Below are positions 40,313 to 51,202 of a DNA stretch of 64,000 nt, one piece after another (position 1 is the first letter of the stretch; each line of letters begins with the position of its first letter). The stretch comes from Pseudomonadota bacterium (GTDB lineage Bacteria; Pseudomonadota; Gammaproteobacteria; Halothiobacillales; Halothiobacillaceae), in assembly GCA_021801265.1 (NCBI GenBank), contig JAJYYE010000012.1, positions 24,548 through 88,547 of the forward strand, given 5' to 3'. Position numbers and translations under genes: made by a program. The notes below the pieces were generated by a model. That model had not been told where the DNA came from and did no database searches. It worked only from the letters and a program-made list of their open reading frames with translations.

Positions 40313-40936
40313 TTAAGATTCCGTCTGGATCAGGCAGTCGTTCTGCGCCACTGCTCGGCGCCATAACATAAACCGGCTTTCACCCGCGCGGCCTTCGCGC
40401 ACAATCGCCCACCCCGGAAAATCAATGGGCGACCCGCGCGCACTACACTCCACATAGACCCGCGCATCCGCGGCCAACCAATCGGCCTGATTCAATGCCA
40501 ACAGTGCATTATTGAGCAACGCGGGATGAGCAAAGGGCGGGTCTAAAAAGACCAAATCAATCGGCAGTTCCGCCAGGTGCTGCGTCGACGCTTGCCGCAG
40601 CCATGCAAGCGCATCGGCTTGCCAAACCCGCACCCGCGTGGCGTCGATACCCAAATCCTCAAAATTACGCCGAATTTCGGACACGACCCGTGCCGATTGC
40701 TCAATCGCAACAGCCCAAACGGCACCACGCGATAAGGCCTCGACGCTGAGAATGCCACTCCCTGCAAATAAATCCAACACACGCAGGCCGGCTAAATTTT
40801 GCCCCAACCAATTAAACAAGGTTTCACGCACCCGATCCGGTGTGGGACGTAAACCGGGCATGGCAGGAAAATGCAACCGGCGGGAACGCAGAGCGCCGCC
40901 TGTAATTCTCACGGTTTGTTTCCCATGAACCACCAT
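40313..40936 (-). CDS. rsmD: 16S rRNA (guanine966-N2)-methyltransferase RsmD
   Basis: VRITGGALRSRRL...GLRPTPDRVRETLFNWL...VLDLFAGSGILSVEALSRGA...FLDPPF. Divergent from ftsY, as in enterics. The start was moved to MVVHGKQ. Confidence 0.85.
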   Translation of the reverse strand: MVVHGKQTVRITGGALRSRRLHFPAMPGLRPTPDRVRETLFNWLGQNLAGLRVLDLFAGSGILSVEALSRGAVWAVAIEQSARVVSEIRRNFEDLGIDATRVRVWQADALAWLRQASTQHLAELPIDLVFLDPPFAHPALLNNALLALNQADWLAADARVYVECSARGSPIDFPGWAIVREGRAGESRFMLWRRAVAQNDCLIQTES

Positions 40937-41256
40937 TTGACGCACGTGCCCCGGCGCGGTGGCAGGCAATTCTGAATCCTGTGCATATCGGTCGCGGCGC
41001 GCTGCGGTTTTGGGGACCTTGGACGGAATAGAATGACTCAAAATAACGCCCCACCCATGATTGACCTCAGATGCAAAAATACGCAAAACCCACCCGAATA
41101 CGCGGCGTACTCTATCAGGACGTTTTACCCATGTTAAGATACCCACAATCTTGGCGATAATACCCAACCTATTCAACTGCGGCATCAATCGCTGTCGCCT
41201 GATACTGCATTTCACCCCTTCTTTGTGATTCAATCCCCCCTTAAAAAGGCCCTTTG

Positions 41257-42414
41257 ATGTTTGGATTTTTACGTCGAAAAAAAGCCCCAGAAACCCCGGC
41301 TGAGTTGATGATGGAACCCGAAGTTACGCAGGCGGCGGGGCCGGAAGCCGCGCCCGCCGCCGAGACAGTGGCGACACCAACATCGCCCGCGCCTGTCGAT
41401 ACTGAGCAGTCCGCAGCGTTAGCACCCCTCATTCACGCCGAAACCAGGTCCACTGACCGCGTCGCGCCGTTGACTGAACCGGCGAATCGCGAAAAACCGA
41501 AATCACGCTTTTGGCAACAACTCTCCCGCACCCGTAGCAGTGTCACTGAGGGTTTAGGTGATTTGTTTCTCGGCAAAAAAGCGATCGATGATGAGTTACT
41601 CGAAGAAATTGAAACCCGATTGTTACTCGCCGATGTCGGTCAAACCACGACACAGGCCTTAATTAAAGAACTGCAGCAACTCATCTCCCGCAAGCAACTC
41701 AATGATGCAGAAGCCCTGTTCGAAAAACTGGGCAACCTCATGGTCGAGCGCCTACAACGGGCTCAGAAACTCCGCCCCACCTTTACCGAGCTCCCCCACA
41801 TCATTGTCGTTTGCGGCATTAATGGTGCGGGCAAAACCACAACCATCGGCAAACTCGCTTATTACTTCAAAAATCAGGGACACAAAGTCATGCTGGCCGC
41901 AGGCGACACATTCCGTGCGGCAGCCGTTGAACAGTTGATGACCTGGGGGGAGCGCAATCAAATCCCCGTGATCGGCGAGCCGGGGCGCAACGATGCCGCC
42001 TCCGTGCTTTTTGATGCCGCCCAATCGGCCAAAGCGCGCCAGATTGATGTACTCATTGCCGATACGGCCGGGCGGTTACACACCCAAGGCGGGCTGATGG
42101 ACGAGCTCAAAAAACTGGTGCGGGTGCTCAGTAAATCGCAGCCCGGTGCGCCCCACGAAATCCTGCTGGTGCTGGATGCCAGTATTGGCCAAAACGCGTT
42201 GAATCAGGCGCGGTTATTTCATCAAGCGGTGGGCGTTACCGGTTTGGTGGTCACCAAGCTCGATGGCACTGCAAAGGGTGGCATTCTATTTGCGATTGCC
42301 GATGAACTCGGTTTGCCGATTGATTTTATTGGGGTGGGTGAGCAACTCGAAGATTTACGCCCGTTTGAACCTCAAAATTATGTGGATGCTTTACTGGACC
42401 GCGAACCATCATGA
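41257..42414 (+). CDS. ftsY: Signal recognition particle receptor FtsY
   Basis: Acidic N-terminus, then an NG domain (VVCGINGAGKTTTIGKLA...DTAGRLH...TKLDGTAKGG). Confidence 0.95.
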   Translation: MFGFLRRKKAPETPAELMMEPEVTQAAGPEAAPAAETVATPTSPAPVDTEQSAALAPLIHAETRSTDRVAPLTEPANREKPKSRFWQQLSRTRSSVTEGLGDLFLGKKAIDDELLEEIETRLLLADVGQTTTQALIKELQQLISRKQLNDAEALFEKLGNLMVERLQRAQKLRPTFTELPHIIVVCGINGAGKTTTIGKLAYYFKNQGHKVMLAAGDTFRAAAVEQLMTWGERNQIPVIGEPGRNDAASVLFDAAQSAKARQIDVLIADTAGRLHTQGGLMDELKKLVRVLSKSQPGAPHEILLVLDASIGQNALNQARLFHQAVGVTGLVVTKLDGTAKGGILFAIADELGLPIDFIGVGEQLEDLRPFEPQNYVDALLDREPS

Positions 42415-43079
42415 TCGAATTTGAAGGCGTTAGCCGCCGATTTAGCAATGGACATTTCGGCCTGCAGGAGGTGAGTTTCCATATTCCTGAAGGCCGAATG
42501 GTTTTTATTACCGGACATTCAGGTTCAGGAAAATCAACCCTGCTGCGCCTCATCCCGGCGCTTGATCAACCCACCAGCGGCTTCGTTCGGATCGGCGGGC
42601 ACGATCTTAAAAAAATGCCTAAGCATCAATATCCAAAATTACGCCGTCAAATCGGTGTGGTCTTCCAGGACCATCATTTACTCCCCGATCGCCGCGTGTT
42701 CGACAATGTTGCCCTACCCTTGCAGGTTTCGGGATTTGGATCCAAAGACATTCGCCGCCGTGTTGAAGCCGCACTGGATAAAGTTGGCCTCCTGGCGCGA
42801 CAATGCGCTTTAATTGATGAGCTATCCGGTGGAGAACAACAACGGGTAAACATTGCCCGCGCCCTGGTGAACCGCCCCAAAATCTTGCTGGCAGATGAAC
42901 CAACCGGTAACCTTGACCCTGATCTTTCACGGGAAATATTCAATCAGTTTGCGGATTTTCATGCGGTTGGTGTCACTGTTGTCATCGCCAGCCACGACGT
43001 TCACCTGCTAAAAACCTACACGGTGCCCCGAATTGTGTTAAATCAAGGTCATATTTCTCACATCGAAGAGGCCTTTTGA
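42411..43079 (+). CDS. ftsE: Cell-division ABC transporter ATP-binding protein FtsE
   Basis: [39 protein letters not shown]. Confidence 0.95.
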   Translation: MIEFEGVSRRFSNGHFGLQEVSFHIPEGRMVFITGHSGSGKSTLLRLIPALDQPTSGFVRIGGHDLKKMPKHQYPKLRRQIGVVFQDHHLLPDRRVFDNVALPLQVSGFGSKDIRRRVEAALDKVGLLARQCALIDELSGGEQQRVNIARALVNRPKILLADEPTGNLDPDLSREIFNQFADFHAVGVTVVIASHDVHLLKTYTVPRIVLNQGHISHIEEAF

Positions 43080-43080
43080 G

Positions 43081-44073
43081 ATGAGCCATCGCGACAGCCC
43101 CATAGATAACCATGGGCCAACTCAAACCAAAGCCAACAGTAAAACATCCACGCCAAAACACGGCTCGCTATCCGCATGGCAAGCCCATCACTATCGGTGC
43201 TTCAAAGATGCACTCTGGCGGTTACTCAGAAAACCGATGAGCGCTTGGGCGACCATCTTCGCCATTGCAGTCGTCTTGGCACTCCCCGGGTTTATCATGA
43301 CCTTAGCCGGCCAAATTAAACACATTGGCGGCGTTTGGGCGAGCGAACAGGGACAGACCAATATTTACTTGCACGCCAATGCGCCCGCAGCAGACATCCA
43401 AAACTTCAAAAAATGGCTGGATGCCCAGGCGCCGGTACGATCCAGCCAAGAGATTACGCCTGAAGACGGCTTGCGCGAACTGGCGCAGCGGCTACAAATC
43501 AGTCACCTCGAGACCCTGGAACCCAATCCGCTACCCACGGTGATCGTGATTCATCTGCACGACGCAACCAGTCAATCGACCCTCGCTTTACGTCAGCAGA
43601 TTCACAACAATCCCCTTGTGGCGAATTTATCAGAAGGCGGCGAATGGATTAAACGCCTTCAAGAGGTCAGTCAATTCTTCGACCAACTCAGTTGGTGGAT
43701 ACTGGCACTCTTTGGCCTGACCGTGATTTTCGTGGTGGGCAACACGTTACGCCTCGAACTTCAAGAGCGGCGCGAAGAGCTCGCACTCATCGGCCTGATT
43801 GGCGGCACGCGTCGATATATGTTGCGCCCGCTTCTCTATGATGGTGCAATTACTGGGTTACTGGGCGGCATCGTCGCCAGCCTCCTGGTGTATGCCCTGA
43901 TTACTGCGTTGACTGCACCGATTAACCAGTTTGCGGCGGGATATGGCACCCGAATCATTGTGATTCCGCCGCTACTTCTCAGCTTACTTTTCGGATTGAT
44001 TGGCCTGGGATTAGGGTGGCTCAGTGCCCAGCTGATTGGTCAGAACTTCCTACGGAAAACAGTACCTGCGTGA
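43081..44073 (+). CDS. ftsX: Cell-division ABC transporter permease FtsX
   Basis: 4-TM FtsX topology in the conserved position after ftsE. Confidence 0.9.
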   Translation: MSHRDSPIDNHGPTQTKANSKTSTPKHGSLSAWQAHHYRCFKDALWRLLRKPMSAWATIFAIAVVLALPGFIMTLAGQIKHIGGVWASEQGQTNIYLHANAPAADIQNFKKWLDAQAPVRSSQEITPEDGLRELAQRLQISHLETLEPNPLPTVIVIHLHDATSQSTLALRQQIHNNPLVANLSEGGEWIKRLQEVSQFFDQLSWWILALFGLTVIFVVGNTLRLELQERREELALIGLIGGTRRYMLRPLLYDGAITGLLGGIVASLLVYALITALTAPINQFAAGYGTRIIVIPPLLLSLLFGLIGLGLGWLSAQLIGQNFLRKTVPA

Positions 44074-44189
44074 CGCACGACACATGGAACTTAAGTTGAG
44101 CAAATCAATCCCAGGGGGGATTGTAAAAACCCTGATAATCGTGTGAAGATAGACAAAATAGTGACATTTAAACCCGAGGTACGAACGCT

Positions 44190-45074
44190 ATGACTACCGC
44201 CCAACACCTCAGCATGCAGCCCCCCCTGCGCATCACGAGTCCTGTGATTGGGGATTCGTTGCAGCAGTATTTAGCTGAAGTCCGGCGCATCCCCTTACTC
44301 ACCGTCGAGGAAGAGCAGCAGCTGGCTGAACAGCTCAAAGCATCGGGTGATATCAAAGCCGCACAAGCGCTCATCATGGCGCATTTGCGCTTCGTGGTGC
44401 ATATCGCCCGGGGTTATCGCGGCTACGGTTTACCCCTGTCTGACCTCATCCAAGAAGGCAATATTGGCCTGATGAAGGCCGTCAAACGCTTTGAACCAGA
44501 ACAGAAAGTCCGCCTGGTCACCTTTGCAGTGCATTGGATTCGCGCGGAGATTCACGAATATATTCTGAAAAATTGGCGCATTGTCAAAATCGCCACCACC
44601 AAGGCCCAGCGCAAACTGTTTTTCAAAATGCGGCAAATGAAAAGTGGACTTGGCTGGCTAACCGCTGAGGAAACTCGCGCAATTGCCGCCGAACTCAATG
44701 TACCTGAACGAGAAGTGGTCACCATGGAATCACGGCTTTATAGCCAAGATATTGCAATTGATACGCCGCTTTATGATAACGATCAGGAAGGCAGCGGTCC
44801 TTCTTACGAGCAAATTTTGGTCGATCAGCATCAAGTCTCCGTGGAGGACGTAACCGCCCAGCGCGATGAAGATGATCGCTTAAGTGCGATGAGTCACGCG
44901 CTGACTGCCCTCGATGCGCGTAGCCGGGATATTTTAGAGCGCCGCTGGCTCTCTGAACCTAAAGCCACGTTGCAAACACTGGCCGATGAATATCAGGTGT
45001 CAGCTGAGCGCGTTCGGCAAATTGAAAATGCCGCGCTCAAAAAACTTAAAACAGCGTTACCAGCACCGGAATAA
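44190..45074 (+). CDS. rpoH: RNA polymerase heat-shock sigma factor RpoH (sigma32)
   Basis: LIQEGNIGLMKAVKRFEP..., the RpoH box QRKLFFKMRQMK, and the conserved ftsYEX-rpoH order. Confidence 0.95.
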   Translation: MTTAQHLSMQPPLRITSPVIGDSLQQYLAEVRRIPLLTVEEEQQLAEQLKASGDIKAAQALIMAHLRFVVHIARGYRGYGLPLSDLIQEGNIGLMKAVKRFEPEQKVRLVTFAVHWIRAEIHEYILKNWRIVKIATTKAQRKLFFKMRQMKSGLGWLTAEETRAIAAELNVPEREVVTMESRLYSQDIAIDTPLYDNDQEGSGPSYEQILVDQHQVSVEDVTAQRDEDDRLSAMSHALTALDARSRDILERRWLSEPKATLQTLADEYQVSAERVRQIENAALKKLKTALPAPE

Positions 45075-45101
45075 GTTAATCACAAACGCGAAAATTGAAT
45101 T

Positions 45102-45132
45102 AAGCCGAATGCTTTTGCAGATTCGGCTTTTT
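45102..45132. terminator. Bidirectional rho-independent terminator between rpoH and the MarC-family gene
   Basis: AAGCCGAAT-GCTTTTGCAG-ATTCGGCTT followed by TTT. Confidence 0.7.
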
Positions 45133-45144
45133 GCTATTGAAAAA

Positions 45145-45819
45145 TTAGAGGCCGATAATCCCCGACTGGTGGATACCCTCCAACCCCATTTGCACACCAA
45201 TCACGGCAAGAATCAAACCCATTAATCGGGTAATAACCGCCACGCCATCGCGACCGATTCGCACCAAAATCCGCTCTGAGAAAATAAAAGCGTAAAACGT
45301 GATGAAGCAAATGATCGTAAACATCACCAAGGTAATGCCTGTTTCTACCCAATGGCCACTCGGGGAATAACTCATTGCAGTCGCAATCGTGCCGGGACCG
45401 GCCAAAACCGGAATGGCGAGTGGCGTTATCGCAATATCGTTTTGCGCATCACTATCCACTTCATCCACCGATTCTGCCGAGATTTGTTTCGGATGGGACA
45501 TTCGAGAATTTTCCCCATGTAACATTCGAAAACCGACCAAGCTGATTAAAATTCCGCCCGCAATGCGCAATGCAGCCAAAGTAATGCCAAAAAGCGAGAA
45601 TAACAATGGCCCAAATAACGCAAAAACCACCACGATATAAAAAGCCATGCGCACCGCTCGCCAAGCCACCTGACGCGTGGTGGCAACACCCATTTGTGCG
45701 GTCAGGCCAAGGAAAATTACCGCATTAGCCACCGGATTCATCATGGCCAGAAATGCCATAAAGACGGCCAACGCATGATGGATTAAATCAGACACACCAT
45801 ACCCCCAAGTAAAATCCAT
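45145..45819 (-). CDS. MarC-family (UPF0056) inner-membrane protein
   Basis: Six predicted TM segments. N-terminal FLAMMNPVANAVIFLGLT motif. Confidence 0.75.
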   Translation of the reverse strand: MDFTWGYGVSDLIHHALAVFMAFLAMMNPVANAVIFLGLTAQMGVATTRQVAWRAVRMAFYIVVVFALFGPLLFSLFGITLAALRIAGGILISLVGFRMLHGENSRMSHPKQISAESVDEVDSDAQNDIAITPLAIPVLAGPGTIATAMSYSPSGHWVETGITLVMFTIICFITFYAFIFSERILVRIGRDGVAVITRLMGLILAVIGVQMGLEGIHQSGIIGL

Positions 45820-46026
45820 TCGAAATCGACTGGCACACTATAAAAATAGAACCGCCAATCAAATCCAAAACATAGCGATTATATTGCCAAATGGTCATTG
45901 CATTTAACCTTTTTCTGGCGCATAAATGGCACGTTATTGAACCATGCAACCTATTTATTTTTCCGATCAAATAAAAAACTCCCGCATATATTTATCTAAT
46001 CCTTTATTCAGAATAATATTAAACTC

Positions 46027-46602
46027 ATGACTGAACACCGCACACTTTTCACGTTTGTCCGAGAATTCATTAAAAACCCCCGCCATACGGGCGCTATTTG
46101 CCCAAGCTCCGGTTTCTTGGCGCGCCAAATGGCGGCGCTGGTACCACCCGGCGAAGGCAAGGTAATCGAATTGGGCCCCGGTAGTGGGCCGATGACACGC
46201 GCCTTGCTGAACCGAGGCATTGCACCAAATGATTTAATTCTGGTGGAACGCACACAATCTTTTGCCGACCATCTCAAACAGCGTTTTCCGCAAATCAAAG
46301 TGATTCATGGTGATGCTTGCGGATTATCTACCTTACTGGGGCAAATCGACGAGCCCATCCGTGCGATTGTGTCCAGCTTGCCGCTTCGCAGCATGCCCCG
46401 TGCTTTGGTGCAGCAAATCAGCAATGAGATCAACCACATATCTCACCCAGGCACACGGTTTATCCAATTTACCTATTATCTGCACGACAAAAAACCGCCC
46501 TTTCCTGAACCCTATTCCGGGCCATTTTCGGGCAGCGAGGGGCATATTGTTTGGTGCAATTTCCCACCGGCGCGGGTTGATGCATTTGACTGGATCGCCT
46601 AA
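46027..46602 (+). CDS. Class I SAM-dependent methyltransferase (phospholipid N-methyltransferase-like)
   Basis: FIKNPRHTGAICPSS... and VIELGPGSGPMT (motif I). Confidence 0.7.
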   Translation: MTEHRTLFTFVREFIKNPRHTGAICPSSGFLARQMAALVPPGEGKVIELGPGSGPMTRALLNRGIAPNDLILVERTQSFADHLKQRFPQIKVIHGDACGLSTLLGQIDEPIRAIVSSLPLRSMPRALVQQISNEINHISHPGTRFIQFTYYLHDKKPPFPEPYSGPFSGSEGHIVWCNFPPARVDAFDWIA

Positions 46603-46756
46603 TTTTCGAAAGAATCTAATCCTCAATCGGCGAGACGTCAATCGGGTGATTAATGGTTTGAGGTAATCCCCCCGAATTTTCGTTGCTGTTTTTTCACTGT
46701 TTTTTCAATCTTACTTTTCATGATGCTCACCTCTCTTTGAATCGCCCCGGGTGTGA

Positions 46757-46955
46757 ACTGACCCCCAGAAGTTGGACGGTCGTGGCCTCGCCGGTCAGGC
46801 GCTGTTTCTCAGCCGGTATTCCACGGGGCTGAGTCCTTGCAATCCAAGCTTGATGCGCTTGCAGTTGTAGTAGTGGATGTAATCATGCACGCCTGCTTCG
46901 AGCGCCTCAATGCCATCGAGTGTGATTTGGCCGAGAAATTCATAATCCGCAGGCG
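46757..46955 (-). pseudogene. 3' remnant of an IS3-family element (orfB C-terminus plus terminal repeat)
   Basis: The minus strand encodes ...LDGIEALEAGVHDYIHYYNCKRIKLGLQGLSPVEYRLRNSA, followed by an IS end GTCCAACTTCTGGGGGTCAGTTCA. Confidence 0.65.
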
Positions 46956-47175
46956 CATATCCCGCTTCCACCGACAGCTACCTGTCGACTGTGACCAGTA
47001 TCACAGAAAGCGGGATGGACTAACGATATTGGCCGAGAAGCTATCGCTGGGGGGCTGGGTGATCTGTAGCTTATTAAGCTATTTCCAACCCGTGGGAAGT
47101 CCAAGCGCCTCTTTGAAGAGTCCGTGCTATTAAGGTAGAACCCGGCCGGGTCAGCACATGTTAAAGCGACATCAT

Positions 47176-48390
47176 TCAATCCGGAGAAAAGATACGAGTC
47201 GCGTCATAGGTCGCACAAAACTCATAAAATGAGGCCGAATCCATCGGTTTGGCAATAAAGTATCCCTGCGCAATATCGCACCCGATACCTTTTAACATAT
47301 CCAGATCCTGCTTCGTCTCCACGCCTTCGGCCACGCTCTTGAGGTGGAGTTTATGGGCCATATCGATGCTCGACTCGACCACAATACGTAAGGCCTCGTT
47401 GTTACCAAAGTCCTTCACGAAGGACTGATCTATCTTCAGTTCGCTGAAGGGGACGCGGATGAGTTGCTGCATGGATGAGTAACCAGTGCCGTAATCGTCA
47501 ATGGAAAGACTGAAACCATGCATGCACAAGCGGGTCAGGTTTTCCAATGCACGAGCAAGATCAGTCATGATCGCGGATTCGGTGATTTCCAGTATTATGT
47601 AGCGTGGATCCAGCCCGGCATTTTTGACCACTGTAGTGATTTTATGCGCCAGATCGGTCTCATTTAAAGAGACCAGAGAAAGGTTGACTGAAACAGTGAC
47701 CTTATTGCTTCTGTTGTGAAACAAACGACACGCCGCTGCCGATTTTTCCAGCATGATAAAAGTGAGCTCGTCAATATTATCGCTCTGCTCCAGCAGCGAA
47801 ATGAAGGCATAGGGTGAAATCACGCCATGTTCAGGATGAATCCAGCGCGCCAGTGCCTCCGCGCCGGTGATATTGCCCGATTTCAACTCAACCTTGGGTT
47901 GAAAGTACGGTTCAAACTCATTTGCGCGCATCCCCAGCAGAATTTCCTCAAGACTGAAACTCAGTGTCGCAGCAGCCTTTTGTGGCATCCTGATTATCGG
48001 GCGCTCAAATTGACTAATCAGCAATTCAAGTTTTGCCCGAGCGATGGGTTTCTCAACCACACCGATCAGCTTGATGCCGTAGGATTTGGCCATCGTTTCA
48101 ATTGAAGCCAGCAACGCCTTGTCAAGCGTGCTGAGTATGAGGATCGAAGGTGCGTATTGGAAATCCCCCAAGTGCCGCATGAACTCCATACCGTCCATTT
48201 CCGGCATATTCATATCGCAAAGTGCGATATCCACCCGGGTGACCGCCGAATCCAGTACTCCCAGTGCCTGCTTGCCGTTGGCAGCCTCGCAAATTTCCGA
48301 AACACCTAGTGTGCGCAGCGTGTTCACGATCATCCGGCGCTGAAAATCATCGTCTTCAATCACCAGAATCTTCAGATTTTGCACCATCAT
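47176..48390 (-). CDS. Response regulator with an EAL (c-di-GMP phosphodiesterase) output domain
   Basis: REC (ILVIEDDDFQRRM...ALCDMNMPEMDG) plus EAL (EALARW...LEITES...DDYGTGYSS...KIDQSFV). Confidence 0.9.
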   Translation of the reverse strand: MMVQNLKILVIEDDDFQRRMIVNTLRTLGVSEICEAANGKQALGVLDSAVTRVDIALCDMNMPEMDGMEFMRHLGDFQYAPSILILSTLDKALLASIETMAKSYGIKLIGVVEKPIARAKLELLISQFERPIIRMPQKAAATLSFSLEEILLGMRANEFEPYFQPKVELKSGNITGAEALARWIHPEHGVISPYAFISLLEQSDNIDELTFIMLEKSAAACRLFHNRSNKVTVSVNLSLVSLNETDLAHKITTVVKNAGLDPRYIILEITESAIMTDLARALENLTRLCMHGFSLSIDDYGTGYSSMQQLIRVPFSELKIDQSFVKDFGNNEALRIVVESSIDMAHKLHLKSVAEGVETKQDLDMLKGIGCDIAQGYFIAKPMDSASFYEFCATYDATRIFSPD

Positions 48391-51035
48391 TTTGACACTC
48401 CATTCGAATCATCGATTACGGTCAGATGTGTTTCAAACAACAGGCAGGCTTCATTCAACTCATTCAGTCCTGCTTGTGTGCCGTCCATATTGCCGTTCTG
48501 TGCCGCCTGCTCGATCGCAGCGCAAATATCAGCCATGCGGATTGCGCCCACCATGCTGCACGAGCCTTTCATTCGATGCGCTGAGCGTGCTGCATTAACC
48601 AGGTCACTATTCGCCAGCATTCCGGTCAGCTTGGCCATGTCTGCTTGAATATGCGATCCAAAATCATGCAAGACCTTGATCTGCTCCTGCCCGTCCGGTA
48701 CGACCTGACTCAATATGGCGTAATCGACAGGTCCCGCAGAGTTTCCGTCATCCGCATCAGCCGGTAAAAGCGATTTTGAACGCGTATCCGTATCCGAAAG
48801 GGACAACCAGTTTGCCAGCGTCTTCTTCAGTAATGTTAAATCTGTCGGCTTCACCAGCAACTCATCCATACCGGCGGCATGGCAATGTTCTACTTCTCCA
48901 GGCAGTGCATTGGCGGTCCAGGCGATGATCGGCGTATGGACAAGGTTTTTCTCCTTTTCAATCTGGCGTATCGCCCGTGTCAGTGCATAGCCATCCATCT
49001 CAGGCATATGGCAGTCGGTAATGACCAGTGCGAAACGTCCCTCACGCCATTTCGACAACGCAACGTTTCCATCATCTGCCGTTTCGGCACGCAGCCCAAG
49101 CAGCTCGATTTGACGCGCGAGCAAATCACGATTGGTGGGATGGTCGTCTACCGCCAGTACCAGTGGGGGGGCCATGCCCTCAAAGAGCGGTTCTACCTTA
49201 CGTTGTTCCACCATGGGAAATAGCGTTGGAATCATCACCCCGGGTGCGGCTGAGATTGGCAAAATTACGGTGATACTGAAAGTGGATCCCTTCCCAAGCT
49301 CGCTGCTCAATTCGATCTGACCATCCAGTAATTGGGCCAGACGGAGGCAGATGGCAAGTCCAAGTCCGGTTCCGCCGTACTGGCGGGCTGTATCGGCGCT
49401 GGCCTGCTGGTAGCGTTTAAACACGCTCTCCTGAATATCCACGGGGATACCGACACCGGTGTCTTTGACGGAGAAGCGTATCCGTTCGCCGCTTTCGAGC
49501 GATTCAAGATATTCGGCACGAATCTCAATTTCGCCGCGCGGGGTGAACTTGATTGCATTGCTGACAAAGTTATTCAGCACCTGTGACAGGCGTAGCGGAT
49601 CGACGATATATGCCTCACTCAGTCGGGAGTCGCTGTGCTGCCACAACACGAGATTTTTTGCGCTGGCTACATGAGAGTAGGTATTAACGACTTCCTGTAG
49701 CAACTGGGGTATTGAGGTGGATTGCGGGGACAGGGCCAGCTTGCCTTCCTGTATCTTCGACCAGTCAAGGATGTCGTTGACAATACGCAACAGACTTCTG
49801 GCAGAGTCCCACGCAGTGTGCAAGGTCTTGTGCTGGTCGCGGTCAAGTGATGTCAAAGACAACACCTCCAGCATGCCCAGCATGCCGGTCAGTGGCGTGC
49901 GCACCTCATGGCTCATGGTGGTGAGAAATGAATCCTTGGCCTGATTAGCCTGCTCTGCGGTCTCCTTGGCAGCAACCAGTTGTTGTTCATGTTGCTGACG
50001 CTCGGTGATGTCACGCATTGTGCCGATGAACTGATGCTCTTTACCGTCCTGTATTTCACTGATGGCCAAAGCAAGCGGGAACGTACTGCCGTCTTTGCGC
50101 TTACCCACCACCTCGCGTTCAATACCGATGATCTTTTTCGTTCCCGTATCCAGATAGTTCTTAAGATAACCATCATGCTCGCTACGATAGGGCTCCGGCA
50201 TGAGCATGTTGACATTGCGGCCAATCACTTCATCGGCTTGATAGCCAAAAATTCGCTCGGCGGCCGGATTGAAGCTCAGCAGCACGCCCCGCGCATCAAT
50301 GCTAGCCAGGCCATCCTGCAAATGCTTCACAATACTGGATACGCGTTTTTCTAGCGTTTTTGAGAGCTGAATCTCGCGTTTCACGCGGAGCACCAGTGGC
50401 CAGAAGAGAAGCGTGATCATAATCAACAATACGGCGATCTGCGTGGACAGGATGATTTGTTGCTGATGGCGCAGATTGGCGATACGGGCCTCGTTTTCAC
50501 GCTGGTACTGGTTAGTCAGGCCATTCAAGCTTTCAAGCAGGGCTTCATTGGCACTATGGATATACTGAAGATCTTGATTGGCAGAGGATAATTTATTGTC
50601 GGGCATCGTGATGATAGCGCGCGCAGCATCTAGAAAATCGCTGACTCTTTTATCCACCAGATACGGCGGCTCAAACATGATCCGCTTAATCTGCCGTGAG
50701 GGATTGCCGGGCAGTCCCAGTGCTTCATCGCCACGTATCAGTCCCTGCTGGGATTTTTCCATAAGATTGATCGCAGCCAACAGCGTGTGGCGTGTGTCTT
50801 GTCGTTCTTCAGGATAGATCAGGAGATCGTTGCTGAGCGTGGCAATGCGCTGCGATAACATGCGCTGCCGACCGCTGATATTGATCACAACGCTGTTTTT
50901 TTGGTTGGCCGCAAGCCCCCTCTCTGCGACGATGTAACTGCCCACAAGGAGAAGCATGACTGCGATGCTGGCTACGATGCCGGTGCTGACCAGGATTTTA
51001 AAAATACGTATGCCGGCTGTTTTGCTATCACTCAT
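48387..51035 (-). CDS. Hybrid sensor histidine kinase (PilJ/NarX-P-box-like periplasmic domain, PAS, HisKA, HATPase, REC, Hpt)
   Basis: INISGRQRMLSQRIA sensor motif, PAS (NPAAERIFGY), H-box SHEVRTPL, GGTGLGLAI, REC (DDHPTNRDLL...DCHMPEMDG), C-terminal Hpt (AHRMKGSCSMVGA). ATGA overlap with the EAL regulator. Confidence 0.9.
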   Translation of the reverse strand: MSDSKTAGIRIFKILVSTGIVASIAVMLLLVGSYIVAERGLAANQKNSVVINISGRQRMLSQRIATLSNDLLIYPEERQDTRHTLLAAINLMEKSQQGLIRGDEALGLPGNPSRQIKRIMFEPPYLVDKRVSDFLDAARAIITMPDNKLSSANQDLQYIHSANEALLESLNGLTNQYQRENEARIANLRHQQQIILSTQIAVLLIMITLLFWPLVLRVKREIQLSKTLEKRVSSIVKHLQDGLASIDARGVLLSFNPAAERIFGYQADEVIGRNVNMLMPEPYRSEHDGYLKNYLDTGTKKIIGIEREVVGKRKDGSTFPLALAISEIQDGKEHQFIGTMRDITERQQHEQQLVAAKETAEQANQAKDSFLTTMSHEVRTPLTGMLGMLEVLSLTSLDRDQHKTLHTAWDSARSLLRIVNDILDWSKIQEGKLALSPQSTSIPQLLQEVVNTYSHVASAKNLVLWQHSDSRLSEAYIVDPLRLSQVLNNFVSNAIKFTPRGEIEIRAEYLESLESGERIRFSVKDTGVGIPVDIQESVFKRYQQASADTARQYGGTGLGLAICLRLAQLLDGQIELSSELGKGSTFSITVILPISAAPGVMIPTLFPMVEQRKVEPLFEGMAPPLVLAVDDHPTNRDLLARQIELLGLRAETADDGNVALSKWREGRFALVITDCHMPEMDGYALTRAIRQIEKEKNLVHTPIIAWTANALPGEVEHCHAAGMDELLVKPTDLTLLKKTLANWLSLSDTDTRSKSLLPADADDGNSAGPVDYAILSQVVPDGQEQIKVLHDFGSHIQADMAKLTGMLANSDLVNAARSAHRMKGSCSMVGAIRMADICAAIEQAAQNGNMDGTQAGLNELNEACLLFETHLTVIDDSNGVSK

Positions 51036-51202
51036 GGCGGACCTCTCGCAAACAAAGCCGTGGGAACGGTAACTTTTGTTGATTCAATATAAAAACCCGG
51101 TAATCACCCAGTTTTCAGTAGCTGTCGACTGTAGAACCCCATCGGACACTGTAACTACTTTTTCTGCCCATTATCTGACATAAGTTGCCGGGGGCAATCT
51201 CC

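Noticed and set aside
40937-41233. 99-aa N-terminal extension of the rsmD ORF
   Set aside because: RsmD homology starts at MVVHGKQTVRITGG. The extension would run through the divergent ftsY promoter region.
46664-46735. 23-codon minus-strand mini-ORF (MKSKIEKTVKKQQRKFGGITSNH) with a possible RBS, next to the IS3 stump
   Set aside because: It is too short and has no supporting evidence. It may be the decapitated start of a gene destroyed by the IS.
46983-51133. Shared 10-mer TGTCGACTGT on both sides of the REC-EAL/kinase module (46983-46992 and 51124-51133), considered as transposon ends
   Set aside because: A single 10-bp match is expected many times by chance in 64 kb. There is no extended similarity around it.
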